Shown: piece by piece, positions 36,293-46,319 of the stretch
How the letters are laid out: the number at the start of each line of letters is the position of its first letter
Numbering within the stretch: the stretch's first letter is position 1
Assembly (NCBI GenBank): GCA_910584975.1
Contig: CAJUEA010000001.1
Coordinates: 58,714-122,713, forward strand
Source: an uncultured Christensenella sp.
Lineage (GTDB): Bacteria; Bacillota; Clostridia; Christensenellales; UBA3700
Reading direction: 5' to 3'
DNA length: 64,000 nucleotides
Program-made: the position numbers and the translations under genes
The notes under the pieces: model-generated
Database searches by the model: none
Seen by the model: the letters and a program-made list of their open reading frames with translations, nothing else
Told to the model about the DNA's origin: nothing

Positions 36293-37996
36293 ATGGAAAA
36301 ATTGATTAAAGTTGCAATGGGTTTTGAAAAGGCAGATTTGGTGCTTAAGGGTGGAAATGTTATCAATGTTTACACAGGCGAAATTGAAGTTGCAGACATT
36401 GCTGTTTGCGATGGATATATTGCAGGAGTTGGCGACTATAGTGGCATTGAGGAAGTTGATGTTTGTGGCAAATATCTTGCACCCGGTTTTATTGATGGGC
36501 ATTTGCACATTGAAAGCACAATGTTATCTCCTTCAAACTTTGCAAAAGCGATTATGCCTTGGGGAACAACCACAGGAATTTGTGACCCTCACGAAATCGC
36601 CAATGTTTGTGGCGAGGCAGGTGTTGATTATATGATTAGGGAGAGCAAACAAACGCCTTTTGATGCTGTGTTTATGGCGCCAAGTTGTGTGCCTGCCACT
36701 CCTTATGAAAACAACGGAGCAACCATTGATGCAAAAGGCGTTGACCGATTGCTTGACAAGTGCCATGGCGTGGGAGAATTTATGAATGCACCAGGTGTTG
36801 TTTATGGTGACAAAGATGTTTTGAATAAGCTAAAATGCGCCAAAAATCGGGGTGTTGTTGTGGATGGGCACTATCCAATGGCAAGTGCAAAGGAGCTGAA
36901 TGCTTATATTGGAGCAGGTATTTCCACCGACCACGAGTGCACAGATATTGTGGATGCTTGTGACAAGATTAGGCGTGGAATGTATGTGCTTATTCGTGAA
37001 GGTAGTGCTACAAAAAATTTAAAAGATTTGTTTCCAATCATAAACAACAAAACATTAAGGAGACTTGTTTTTTGCACAGACGATAGGCAAGTACATGATT
37101 TGCTGAATATTGGGCATATTAACAACAACATAAAACTTGCCATTGAAATGGGATTGCATCCTATTGATGCAATTACAATTGCAACATTAAATGCAGCAGA
37201 GTGTTACAAGCTTTTTGATAGAGGTGCAATAGCCCCTGGTAAAATTGCAGATATTGTGGTTATTGACGATATTAACAAATTAAACATTTTGCAAGTTTAC
37301 AAAAAAGGTGTGCTTGTGGCAGAAAATGGCAAAGCATTGTTTGATGCAAAAATTCTTGATTGCAAGGATGTAAAAAACACTGTGCATATCAAAGATATTT
37401 GCAAAGACGATTTTAAATTAAAACTTAATAGTAATAAAGTAAGGGTAATGGGCATTGAACCCCACAATGTGACAACAAAAAGTCTTGAAGCAGAAGTTTG
37501 CGTTAAGGATGGAGAATATGTTACAAGTGCAAATCTTAGCAAAATTGCCGTTGTAGAAAGACACAAAAATACAGGAAACATTGGCATTGGCTTGCTTGAG
37601 GGATATGATATTAAAGGTGGAGCAATAGCAGTTAGTGTTGCACACGATAGTCACAATATCATCGTTTGTGGAGACAATGACGAGGATATGGCAATTGCTG
37701 TAAACGAAATTAAGCGTGTTGGTGGTGGTATGACTGCTGTGCACAACGGAAAAGTTTTTGACACTTTGGAGCTTCCTATTGCAGGACTTATGAGCGACAA
37801 AGAGATTGGATATATTGCAGAAAAAACTGAAAAATTGAACAAATATGCTACAGAAGTGCTTAAAGTTAACAAAGATGTTGAGCCATTTATGACTTTGTCA
37901 TTTATGTCTTTGGTGGTTATTCCTGAACTAAAAATCAGCGATAAAGGTTTGTTTGATTACAAGTCATTTAAGTTTGTGCAAATTGAGGTGGAATAA
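36293..37996 (+). CDS. ade: Adenine deaminase
   Basis: 567 aa. The amidohydrolase motif GFIDGHLHIESTML and overall length are typical of AdeC. Confidence 0.85.
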   Translation: MEKLIKVAMGFEKADLVLKGGNVINVYTGEIEVADIAVCDGYIAGVGDYSGIEEVDVCGKYLAPGFIDGHLHIESTMLSPSNFAKAIMPWGTTTGICDPHEIANVCGEAGVDYMIRESKQTPFDAVFMAPSCVPATPYENNGATIDAKGVDRLLDKCHGVGEFMNAPGVVYGDKDVLNKLKCAKNRGVVVDGHYPMASAKELNAYIGAGISTDHECTDIVDACDKIRRGMYVLIREGSATKNLKDLFPIINNKTLRRLVFCTDDRQVHDLLNIGHINNNIKLAIEMGLHPIDAITIATLNAAECYKLFDRGAIAPGKIADIVVIDDINKLNILQVYKKGVLVAENGKALFDAKILDCKDVKNTVHIKDICKDDFKLKLNSNKVRVMGIEPHNVTTKSLEAEVCVKDGEYVTSANLSKIAVVERHKNTGNIGIGLLEGYDIKGGAIAVSVAHDSHNIIVCGDNDEDMAIAVNEIKRVGGGMTAVHNGKVFDTLELPIAGLMSDKEIGYIAEKTEKLNKYATEVLKVNKDVEPFMTLSFMSLVVIPELKISDKGLFDYKSFKFVQIEVE

Positions 37997-39294
37997 TGTT
38001 TTCATTAAAGGATGTTAAAAAAATAGAATGGACACAGGTTGAGCCTGAGCCGTTGGGTGGCGACCTTGCAGAGGATTTGGGCAAAATTATCAATAAGTTT
38101 GTGAAATTTGCACTCAATGATTGGTGGAAGAAAAAGGGTTTTGACAAGGAAAGCAAGCTTGAGTATCTTTCTTTGAAAGGACCTGTTGACAGAATGATAA
38201 GACAATCTGTTTATGTTGCCAAGACGATTGCAGCTTGCGTAAAATTTAAGTTTTACAACGAGGAAGAAGTTGGTCACAAATTGTTTGTTGCAAGAGATAG
38301 ATATATGAAATTGTTAAGGTCTTGCTTGTTTCATCATTGTGCAAACTCTGAAGGTGGTTGGGGAATGACTTATGAGCAGTTGCCAATTGTTACTGAGTTG
38401 CTTTATGTTTGTTGGCTTGTTTGGGATAAACTTAATACGAATGACCAACAATTTGCAATAAATGTGCTTAACTATCAAGCCAGTCAAGCAATGGATTACA
38501 AAATCGAGTACAATTTCAATCCTGATGGCAGCAGTACTAATTTGGATGATTGTCAAACAATTTTGAATATGGATCACGCCAATTTGCTTTATTTGATAAG
38601 TGTTATGGTAAGCAAAACAAATAAAGCTACAGTATTGCGAGAAAAAGCCATTTTGGCATACAGAGCTTGTTTTTCTTCTCAAAACGATGGAGATATGCAA
38701 GGCTACAATGTTGCTGAAGATATGCTTTTGCATAGATTTGACACCAGAAGTCCTTTTGCAACAAGCTATATTGGAGTGGGAATAAAAGCATACATTTTTT
38801 CAAAGATTGCAGAGGAAGATTTGCCAAGTGGCGTAATTCGCAATTTTAAGGAAATTTACACAGCTTTTTATACAAATGAAACAAATGCTGAAGGCAAAAG
38901 AAATGGACTTTTCACAATTTATGACAAAAAGAATCGTCCAACAGGTGGAGTGCTTTATCCCGATGGCACAAGAGGTGGTAGGGTTAATGAATCTGCAATT
39001 TATGTAATGGACATTTTTGCTTATTGCCTAGGATATGAGGATGTGTTGGATACAAATTGCTTGAAATGGGCAAAAGTGCGAATGAAAGAAATTGAGCGCA
39101 ATTTCAAAAAAAATCCGAAATATACAATTCAAGGTTGCACGCAGTATCGTTTTTTGCATGGCGAGGCAGTTTGTTCAGAGCTTGCTGATTGTTATCTTGC
39201 ACTATTCTTGTATCTTGTTTCTAAGAAAGCAGAAAGCAATTATGTTGACAAATTCTCTCGTGAGGAATATGTTGGCGAAACAGAGCAAGAGTAA
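37996..39294 (+). CDS. Hypothetical protein (432 aa), translationally coupled to ade
   Basis: TAATG overlap with the ade stop. Helix-rich, contains SEGGWGM. No family recognised with confidence. Confidence 0.5.
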   Translation: MFSLKDVKKIEWTQVEPEPLGGDLAEDLGKIINKFVKFALNDWWKKKGFDKESKLEYLSLKGPVDRMIRQSVYVAKTIAACVKFKFYNEEEVGHKLFVARDRYMKLLRSCLFHHCANSEGGWGMTYEQLPIVTELLYVCWLVWDKLNTNDQQFAINVLNYQASQAMDYKIEYNFNPDGSSTNLDDCQTILNMDHANLLYLISVMVSKTNKATVLREKAILAYRACFSSQNDGDMQGYNVAEDMLLHRFDTRSPFATSYIGVGIKAYIFSKIAEEDLPSGVIRNFKEIYTAFYTNETNAEGKRNGLFTIYDKKNRPTGGVLYPDGTRGGRVNESAIYVMDIFAYCLGYEDVLDTNCLKWAKVRMKEIERNFKKNPKYTIQGCTQYRFLHGEAVCSELADCYLALFLYLVSKKAESNYVDKFSREEYVGETEQE

Positions 39295-39460
39295 TTTTTG
39301 AAAAGAGCAATTAATAAGCATTTGTCAAAAAAATTTGTCAAAACTATTTGATAAAGTAATAATATAAAGATAATATTATATTAATATAATAATGTAGCAG
39401 TAATATTATATAATTCAAATTTGTAGGCTTTAATATAAAAATAGTTAAATAAAAATACAA

Positions 39461-39520
39461 CTATATTGGAGTGGAAAAAAGCATACATTTTTTCTAAGAT
39501 TGCAGTAGAAGGCTTGCCAA
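39461..39520 (+). pseudogene. ~60-bp relic copy of an internal segment (38766-38827) of the upstream gene
   Basis: CTATATTGGAGTGG-AAAAAAGCATACATTTTTTCTAAGATTGCAGTAGAAGGCTTGCCAA compared with CTATATTGGAGTGGGAATAAAAGCATACATTTTTTCAAAGATTGCAGAGGAAGATTTGCCAA. Confidence 0.6.
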
Positions 39521-39575
39521 TTTGATATTATATTACTTTATAATTAAACATATATAATTTTAAATACTAAATATA

Positions 39576-39608
39576 AAACTGATTCTGAAATTTAGGGTCA
39601 GTTTTTTT
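39576..39608 (+). terminator. Intrinsic terminator
   Basis: Stem AAACTGATTC/GGGTCAGTTT (with G-U pairs) followed by TTTTT. Confidence 0.55.
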
Positions 39609-39874
39609 GTTGTTAGGAAATATGTAATGTAAATTTACATAAAAATAAATTGTTTTGTGTTAAATCAAGCATTTTGCAATATTTTAGAGATAATTTTTCT
39701 TAAAACAAGTAACAAAATTTAATAAAAATGTGTATTCGTGCTTTAGCACGGTAAAGTGTTGGTAAATGTAAAAGAAATTCATTAAAAACACTTTACAACT
39801 TTAGTGTGTTAAAGTATAATATGTACATAAACTATAAAAACAAAATTGCAAAAGGCAATTATAAGGAGTAAACA

Positions 39875-40723
39875 ATGAAAAAAAGAATTTTAACAATTAT
39901 AGCAGTTGTAGCACTAGCTGTAGTTATGGTTGTAGGTCTTGTTGCATGTGGTGGCAAGAAACAAGTAAGTGGTTTTGATATTGATCTTGCAAGAGCTATA
40001 TTTGAAAAAGAGGGTATTGAGGTTGAAACTCGTAAAATTGAGTGGTCTCAAAAAGAAATCGAATTGAATGCAGGAAAAATTGATTTGGTTTGGAATGGTT
40101 TGACAATTACTGATGAAAGAAAAGAAAATATGCAAATTTCAATTCCTTATCTAACAAATGAGCAAGCTGTTGTAGTTAAAGGAGACAATGCTTCAAAATA
40201 TACAAAACTTGCAGATTTGGCAGGCAAAAAAGTTGCTGTAGAAAAAGAGTCAGCAGGCGAAGGAACAGCAATGGATATTAAAGATAACAAAAAAATTGAT
40301 ATCAATGTTAAATCAATTACAGCACAAATTGATGCTTTGATGGAAGTTAAGTCTGGTCAATCTGACCTTGCAATCATTGACTCAACAATGGCAGGCTATT
40401 TGCTAAATCAAAAAGATGGTAGCTATACTGATTTGAAAATTGTTACTATCAGTGATTATGAGCAACAAGCAGAAGAGTATGGTGTAGCAGCTAAAAAAGG
40501 CAACACAAAACTTATTGACTTCATTAACAGCAAGTTGGTTGAGTTGCAAGATACTAAGTATAGTGAAATTGCAGAGACATATGGTCTATCTAGCAGAAAA
40601 GTTAAAATGACTTGGACAACTAGCTTAACTGGCGACGAGTGGAAGAGCGAGTTGAAAAACAAAAAGAAAGTTGTAATTGGCTATACTGTAAATGCACCAA
40701 TGGGCATTGAGTTGGACAAATAA
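39875..40723 (+). CDS. Amino-acid ABC transporter substrate-binding lipoprotein (family 3), apparently circularly permuted
   Basis: Lipobox LVAC. The mature part starts directly at GFDIDLARAI and contains GLTITDERK. The canonical N-terminal strand KKVVIGYTVNAPMG is at the extreme C-terminus. Confidence 0.75.
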   Translation: MKKRILTIIAVVALAVVMVVGLVACGGKKQVSGFDIDLARAIFEKEGIEVETRKIEWSQKEIELNAGKIDLVWNGLTITDERKENMQISIPYLTNEQAVVVKGDNASKYTKLADLAGKKVAVEKESAGEGTAMDIKDNKKIDINVKSITAQIDALMEVKSGQSDLAIIDSTMAGYLLNQKDGSYTDLKIVTISDYEQQAEEYGVAAKKGNTKLIDFINSKLVELQDTKYSEIAETYGLSSRKVKMTWTTSLTGDEWKSELKNKKKVVIGYTVNAPMGIELDK

Positions 40724-40737
40724 AACAAGGATAAAAT

Positions 40738-41382
40738 ATGGATATACAACAAGTTGTTATAGATTTATTTGAAGGTTTCGGCATGACGGTAGCAATATTT
40801 TTTGCTACCCTTGCCGTTGCTTTGCCTTTAGGACTATTATTTGCGTTTTTGCAAAAGTGCAAATTCAAGCCTATCAAGTATTTAATGGATGCCTTTATTT
40901 GGATAATAAGAGGTACTCCACTGATGTTGCAAATCATTGTTGTTTATTATGTTCCAGGGCTTTTGGATTGGGGCTTTAGTATCCGTGAAGAATTTATTGC
41001 CGTATTAATTGCCTTTTCAATAAACTATGCGTGCTATTTTTCCGTTATCTTCAAAGGTGGAATGGATGCTGTTCCAAAAGGTCAGTATGAGGCATGTCAA
41101 GTTTTGGGGATGACAAAAAGTCAAGCATTTATTAAAGTTGCGTGGCCACAAATTTATAAAAATATTTTGCCACCAATGAGCAATGAAATTATAACATTGG
41201 TAAAAGATACTTCGCTTGCAAGAATCATTGGTTTGGCAGAGTTGATTTTTGCAGGACAAGACTTTTTGAACAAGGGATATTTGGCGCCATTCTTTGCAAC
41301 TGCATTGTTTTATTTGGCTTTTGTTGGAATTTTGTCAATATTATTTGCAAAGCTTGAAAAGCGTACAAATAGGTACAGATAA
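40738..41382 (+). CDS. Amino-acid ABC transporter permease (His/Glu/Gln/Arg family)
   Basis: 214 aa, polytopic. EAA-like region YEACQVLGMTKSQAFIKVAWPQ. Confidence 0.85.
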   Translation: MDIQQVVIDLFEGFGMTVAIFFATLAVALPLGLLFAFLQKCKFKPIKYLMDAFIWIIRGTPLMLQIIVVYYVPGLLDWGFSIREEFIAVLIAFSINYACYFSVIFKGGMDAVPKGQYEACQVLGMTKSQAFIKVAWPQIYKNILPPMSNEIITLVKDTSLARIIGLAELIFAGQDFLNKGYLAPFFATALFYLAFVGILSILFAKLEKRTNRYR

Positions 41383-41391
41383 GGAGTAATT

Positions 41392-42429
41392 ATGAAAGAT
41401 AATTTAGATAATATTGTAAATGAAATAGTTTCTCCTTTGGATGAACAGAAAAATGATACAACAGAAAACATTTTGGAAGTTAAAAATCTTAACAAATCTT
41501 TTGGACTTAACCATGTTTTAAAAGATATAACTTTCAGTATGAAAAAAGGCGAAGTTATTGCCATAATCGGTTCAAGTGGTGGTGGAAAATCTACACTTTT
41601 AAGGTGTTTGACATTTTTGGAAAGGGCACAAAGTGGAAGTATTTGGATAGGTGGGGAGGAAATTGTTTCAAGCGAACCTCAACCTGTAAAACCAAAACTT
41701 ATGTTTGTGCAAAAAGTGCCTTGTGGCGCAGGAAAAAAATTGTGTTTTTCAAAAAAAATAGAAGAATACGGCAAGAAAAAATTGAAATTTTTTGTTAAAG
41801 TTGATGTGGAAAACACATATAAATATAAATTTTTCCAAAAATATATTCCAACTGACAAAGATGGCAGGCCACTTAGCGAAATAAATGCAAGCATCTATCC
41901 AACTGACAAAGTTTTGAGAGAAAAAGCATTGAAAATGGGACTTGTTTTTCAAGATTTCAATCTTTTCCCACACAAAACTGTTATTGAAAATCTTATTATC
42001 GCACCAATGCTTGTTAAAGGTATGGATAAGGAGGAGGCAACCAAGATTGCAGAAGAGCAACTTGCAAAAGTTGGACTTTCTGACAAAATCAATGCTTATC
42101 CGTGTGAAATAAGTGGTGGACAAAAACAAAGGGTTGCAATTGCAAGGGCACTTTGTATGTCTCCAGAAATTTTGTGTTTTGATGAGCCAACATCTGCTTT
42201 GGACCCTGAGCTTACTGGCGAAGTTCTAAAAGTTATCAGTGGACTTAGAGACAACAAAACAACAATGCTTATTGTAACTCACGAGATTATGTTTGCAAGG
42301 GAAGTTGCTGACAAAGTAATCTTTTTGGATGGTGGAACAATTCTTGAGTATGGCGATGCAAAAGAGGTTATTGATAATCCAACCGAGCAAAGAACAAGAA
42401 GTTTTATGGATAAAATACTAAAAGCATAA
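41392..42429 (+). CDS. Amino-acid ABC transporter ATPase (GlnQ-like) with ~95-aa insertion
   Basis: Walker A GSSGGGKST, signature ISGGQKQR, Walker B LCFDEP. A Lys-rich insertion sits between GSIWIGGEEI and MGLVFQDFNLFPH. Confidence 0.85.
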   Translation: MKDNLDNIVNEIVSPLDEQKNDTTENILEVKNLNKSFGLNHVLKDITFSMKKGEVIAIIGSSGGGKSTLLRCLTFLERAQSGSIWIGGEEIVSSEPQPVKPKLMFVQKVPCGAGKKLCFSKKIEEYGKKKLKFFVKVDVENTYKYKFFQKYIPTDKDGRPLSEINASIYPTDKVLREKALKMGLVFQDFNLFPHKTVIENLIIAPMLVKGMDKEEATKIAEEQLAKVGLSDKINAYPCEISGGQKQRVAIARALCMSPEILCFDEPTSALDPELTGEVLKVISGLRDNKTTMLIVTHEIMFAREVADKVIFLDGGTILEYGDAKEVIDNPTEQRTRSFMDKILKA

Positions 42430-42440
42430 AGGGGTAAAAT

Positions 42441-42722
42441 ATGTCAAACTATGAAGAATTTTTGCCAGATTTGTACAGGGCAATAACAGATATTGATAAT
42501 ACAGAGGAATGCAGAGCATTGCTGGAGGACCTTTGCACTTACAAGGAGATTGAGCAAATGGCACAAAGATTGAGAGCAGCAAAGCTTTTGCTTGACGGAC
42601 ATACTTATAATGAGGTTATTGCTGCAACTGGAATATCCTCTGCAACATTAAGCAGAGTTTCAAAGTGCGTGCAAAGAGGTGCAAACGGCTACAAAAAAGC
42701 GATTGAAAAATCTGTTTGGTAG
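42441..42722 (+). CDS. YerC/YecD-family TrpR-like DNA-binding protein
   Basis: 93 aa. LCTYKEIEQMAQRLRAAKLL..GHTYNEVIAATGISSATLSRVSKCV is typical of the family. Confidence 0.75.
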   Translation: MSNYEEFLPDLYRAITDIDNTEECRALLEDLCTYKEIEQMAQRLRAAKLLLDGHTYNEVIAATGISSATLSRVSKCVQRGANGYKKAIEKSVW

Positions 42723-42879
42723 ATTAAAAATAAAGCTTTTTTATAGCTGATAAAAAATAAAATTATGATAATTTTCTTTATATTGCTTGTAAATGATTGC
42801 AAAGTTGTGCTAAAATAAATATAGAAATTTTGCAAAAGCAAATAATAAGAAAATTATAAATTTTTAAGGAGAAATATAT

Positions 42880-43743
42880 ATGTATAAGATTAATAATCCG
42901 ATTGCTGAAAGTTTGAAAGGCAAAGTTATTATGGATGTTACAAATGTTGAGCAAGCTAAAATTGCTGAGGCTGCTGGTGCTGGTGCTGTAATGGCTTTGG
43001 AGAGAGTTCCTGCTGACATCAGAAGAGAGGGTGGCGTTAGTCGTATGAGCGACCCTAAAATGATCAGAGAAATTCAAAAAGCTGTTAAAATTCCGGTAAT
43101 GGCAAAATGCAGAATTGGACATTTTATTGAGGCAAGATTGCTTGAGGCTATTAATATTGACTTTATTGACGAAAGTGAAGTTTTGACTCCTGCAGATGAT
43201 GTTTACCATGTTGACAAAATGGCTTTCAAGGCTCCATTTGTTTGTGGCGCAAGAGATTTGGGCGAGGCACTTCGTCGTGTTCAAGAAGGTGCAAGCATGA
43301 TAAGAACAAAAGGCGAGGCAGGCACAGGCGATGTTGTTCAAGCTGTAAGACATATGAGAGCAATGCAAGCTCAAATGCGCGCAGTAAAATCAATGAGTGC
43401 TGACGAGCTTTATGAAGAGGCTAAAAAACTTCAAGTGCCTTATGATTTGATTAAGTTTGTTCACGAAAATGGCAAATTGCCAGTTCCAAACTTTTCAGCA
43501 GGTGGCGTTGCAACTCCTGCAGATGCAGTGCTAATGAGACATTTGGGTGCAGAAGGTGTGTTTGTTGGCAGTGGTATTTTCAAATCTGGCAATCCTGCAA
43601 AAAGAGCAGATGCAATCGTAAGATCAGTTGAAAATTATATGGATTTTGATTTGATTGCAAAACTTTCTGAAGACTTGGGCGAGCCAATCGTTGGTATTAA
43701 CTGCGACGAAATCAGAATTAAAATGGAAGAGCGTGGTAAATAA
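42880..43743 (+). CDS. pdxS: Pyridoxal 5'-phosphate synthase lyase subunit
   Basis: 287 aa. [31 protein letters not shown] and [10 protein letters not shown] are highly characteristic. Confidence 0.95.
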   Translation: MYKINNPIAESLKGKVIMDVTNVEQAKIAEAAGAGAVMALERVPADIRREGGVSRMSDPKMIREIQKAVKIPVMAKCRIGHFIEARLLEAINIDFIDESEVLTPADDVYHVDKMAFKAPFVCGARDLGEALRRVQEGASMIRTKGEAGTGDVVQAVRHMRAMQAQMRAVKSMSADELYEEAKKLQVPYDLIKFVHENGKLPVPNFSAGGVATPADAVLMRHLGAEGVFVGSGIFKSGNPAKRADAIVRSVENYMDFDLIAKLSEDLGEPIVGINCDEIRIKMEERGK

Positions 43744-43827
43744 GCTTTATTAATATTAATTAATATAAAAAGAAATTTATTAATCATACAATCAATTAAT
43801 AAAAATAAATATTAAAAACAGTAAAAA

Positions 43828-43854
43828 CTGACGGATATCATCCGTCAGTTTTTT
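43828..43854 (+). terminator. Intrinsic terminator of pdxS
   Basis: Stem CTGACGGA/TCCGTCAG followed by TTTTTT. Confidence 0.8.
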
Positions 43855-43994
43855 CATAACTTGTTTAATTTTTTGCAAAAACAGTCCAAAAATCGATACT
43901 AACTTTGATTTAATTAATATTTTACATTGAAAATTTAATGTTTTTGAGTTTTGTGTAAGTTTATATTAAAATTGAAATTTGATAAAATATTCAA

Positions 43995-44029
43995 CAAAAA
44001 AAGATGCGGTATGATTTCGCATCTTTTTT
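43995..44029 (-). terminator. Intrinsic terminator of pepV (bidirectional hairpin)
   Basis: Stem AAGATGCG/CGCATCTT flanked by an A-run and a T-run. Confidence 0.7.
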
Positions 44030-44060
44030 GCAGTTATATAGATTTTTTGTTATCTTAAAA

Positions 44061-45350
44061 TTACTTTGCAAGTTCTTCAATGGCTTTTAAGTAAATGTTA
44101 TACATTTTTTGCAAGTCACTGATTTTTGCTCTTTCATTCTTTTGATGAATTGTAGATTCTTGATTTGGGAAAATTGGACCAAAAGCAACTGCTACGGGTA
44201 AGGCTCTTGCATAAGTTCCACCTCCGATGGTAATTGGTTGTAATTTTTCGCCAGTTACGCTTTCATAAGCTTTAAGTAGACTTGTGCAAAGTGGGTGAGT
44301 TGGTTCAATATAAAGTGGGTTGTGGAAAAATCCATATTCCACGGTTCCGTTTGCAAAAGTATGAGTCAGTTTTTCATAAAGTTGCTCGCGAGTGATGCAA
44401 AGAGGGTGTCTTATATCAAGGCTGAAAGTAATGCCTTCGCTGTCGCTTGTGATAGTTCCAACATTGATTGTCAGCTTTCCACTTATTTCGTCCTCGCATT
44501 GAATACCATAGTTTGATCCGTCAGTGTTGCAGATTATGTTTGCAATATTTTTTGCATTGCTGTCATATCCACCCAAAAATTTAACAATTTTCCACAAGGC
44601 ATTGTCACCCAAATGTGGACTGCTACCGTGTGCAGATTTTCCGATTGCAGTCAAAGTATTGCCTTCAATAATCACTCCGTATTCATTGTCTTTTGGCAAA
44701 ATGCTTGCAAAGTCGTTTGAAATAGTGCAAGTTACTTTGTCCATAACCATATTTGCACGCTCACCACCTTGAATATCAAACAAGTAGCTAGGTTTTTTCA
44801 TATGCACATTGAAATAAGCAACGCCTTTTTCGCAATTTATAACTGGGAAATCTCCGTCAGGAGTAAAGGCAATTGTAGGGATTTCTTCACATTCACAATA
44901 TTTGTTTATGCATTCCCAGCCTGATTCCTCATCACAACCAAAGATAATACGGATTCTTTTGTTTGGCACAAAACCATTGTCAACAAGTTCTTTTGTTGCA
45001 AAAAGAGTTGCAATAATTGGACCTTTATCGTCAAGCACGCCTCTGCCACACAAATATTCGCCGATAATATCTCCACCAAGTGCAGGAATATCCCAGTCGT
45101 TGCCTATTGGCACAGTGTCCAAATGCCCAAGAATACCAAGCATTTCTTCGCCTTCGCCAATTTCTGCATAGCCATAATATCCATTTCCGTAAAAAGTTTT
45201 AAATCCAAGCTCTTCTGCAATGCTCAAAGCTTTGCGCAAACAGTCGTCAACGCCCACGCCAAAAGGCTTGTTGTCGATAGGGGCACTTTCCACACTATTG
45301 ATTTTGATAAGTTCAGAAGTAGCTTTTATATATTCGTCAAAATAATTCAT
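44061..45350 (-). CDS. pepV: M20-family dipeptidase (PepV-like)
   Basis: Start at MNYFDEY (RBS GGAG upstream). Motifs GHLDTVP, GRGVLDDKGP, GCDEESG. Confidence 0.8.
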   Translation of the reverse strand: MNYFDEYIKATSELIKINSVESAPIDNKPFGVGVDDCLRKALSIAEELGFKTFYGNGYYGYAEIGEGEEMLGILGHLDTVPIGNDWDIPALGGDIIGEYLCGRGVLDDKGPIIATLFATKELVDNGFVPNKRIRIIFGCDEESGWECINKYCECEEIPTIAFTPDGDFPVINCEKGVAYFNVHMKKPSYLFDIQGGERANMVMDKVTCTISNDFASILPKDNEYGVIIEGNTLTAIGKSAHGSSPHLGDNALWKIVKFLGGYDSNAKNIANIICNTDGSNYGIQCEDEISGKLTINVGTITSDSEGITFSLDIRHPLCITREQLYEKLTHTFANGTVEYGFFHNPLYIEPTHPLCTSLLKAYESVTGEKLQPITIGGGTYARALPVAVAFGPIFPNQESTIHQKNERAKISDLQKMYNIYLKAIEELAK

Positions 45351-45590
45351 ATTCACTCCATTAGATTTTTGCCGATAAAATGTCAGCAATTTGTTAAAAA
45401 TAATCTTTTCAATTACTAGTATATACTATCTTTCATTAAATGAGAACTAATTTTAATAAAGTTATTTAAAATATTGCAAAAAAGCTTTAAAGTATGCTAT
45501 AATAGTTTTGTATAATTTTTTTATTACAAAATCAAGCTTGTTTTTTGATTTTATTTGCTTTTACTTAAAAGTTTACACGCAGGGGAGAAT

Positions 45591-46319
45591 ATGGCAGTTC
45601 ACGACGGACACAGAGAAAGAATGAGACAAAGAATTGAGACATATGGCATACAAAGTTTGCAGGACCATGAAGTTTTGGAATATTTGCTTTATGCTGTTGT
45701 GCCAAGAAAAGATACCAACGAACTTGCTCATAGAATAATTGAAGAGTGTGGCAGTTTGTCTGAAGTGTTTGACCAATCTGTGGAAAGATTGCAAAAAATC
45801 AAAGGCGTAACATACAACGCAGCTTTGTTTTTGAGCAGTTTAAGTGATATTAGCAGAAGATATTACAGCAAAAATCAAAAAACAATATACATAAGAAATG
45901 TTGCAGAATGTTTGCAACTTATGCGTCCAATAATGGAAACATTGACAAAAGAAGAAATTCATTTGCTGCTAATTGACAGCGCAGGTAAACTTATCAAAAG
46001 AGTTGTTTTGAGTAAAGGCGTTGTGAATGAATCTGTTTGTAATGTGAGAGATGTTGTTGACATTGCACTAAAAAATGAAGCTTGCAGAGTTGTGTTGGTT
46101 CACAATCATCCGTCAAACAACGCAACACCATCATTGCAAGATAAAACGCTGACAGAACAAGTTTGTGTTGCATTATCTGTGATTGGCATAACACTTGAGG
46201 ACCATATCATCATTGCAAAAGGTGGATATTTTTCTTTTAAGGATTCACATTGGTTAGAGAATATTGTTAATGGTCAAATAAGCTTGTCAGGTGGCAAAAT
46301 AAAAGACATTAGATATTGA
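45591..46319 (+). CDS. radC: RadC-family JAB/MPN domain protein
   Basis: Start at MAVHDGHRERMR (RBS GGGGAG upstream). JAMM motif HNHPSNNATPSLQD. Confidence 0.85.
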   Translation: MAVHDGHRERMRQRIETYGIQSLQDHEVLEYLLYAVVPRKDTNELAHRIIEECGSLSEVFDQSVERLQKIKGVTYNAALFLSSLSDISRRYYSKNQKTIYIRNVAECLQLMRPIMETLTKEEIHLLLIDSAGKLIKRVVLSKGVVNESVCNVRDVVDIALKNEACRVVLVHNHPSNNATPSLQDKTLTEQVCVALSVIGITLEDHIIIAKGGYFSFKDSHWLENIVNGQISLSGGKIKDIRY

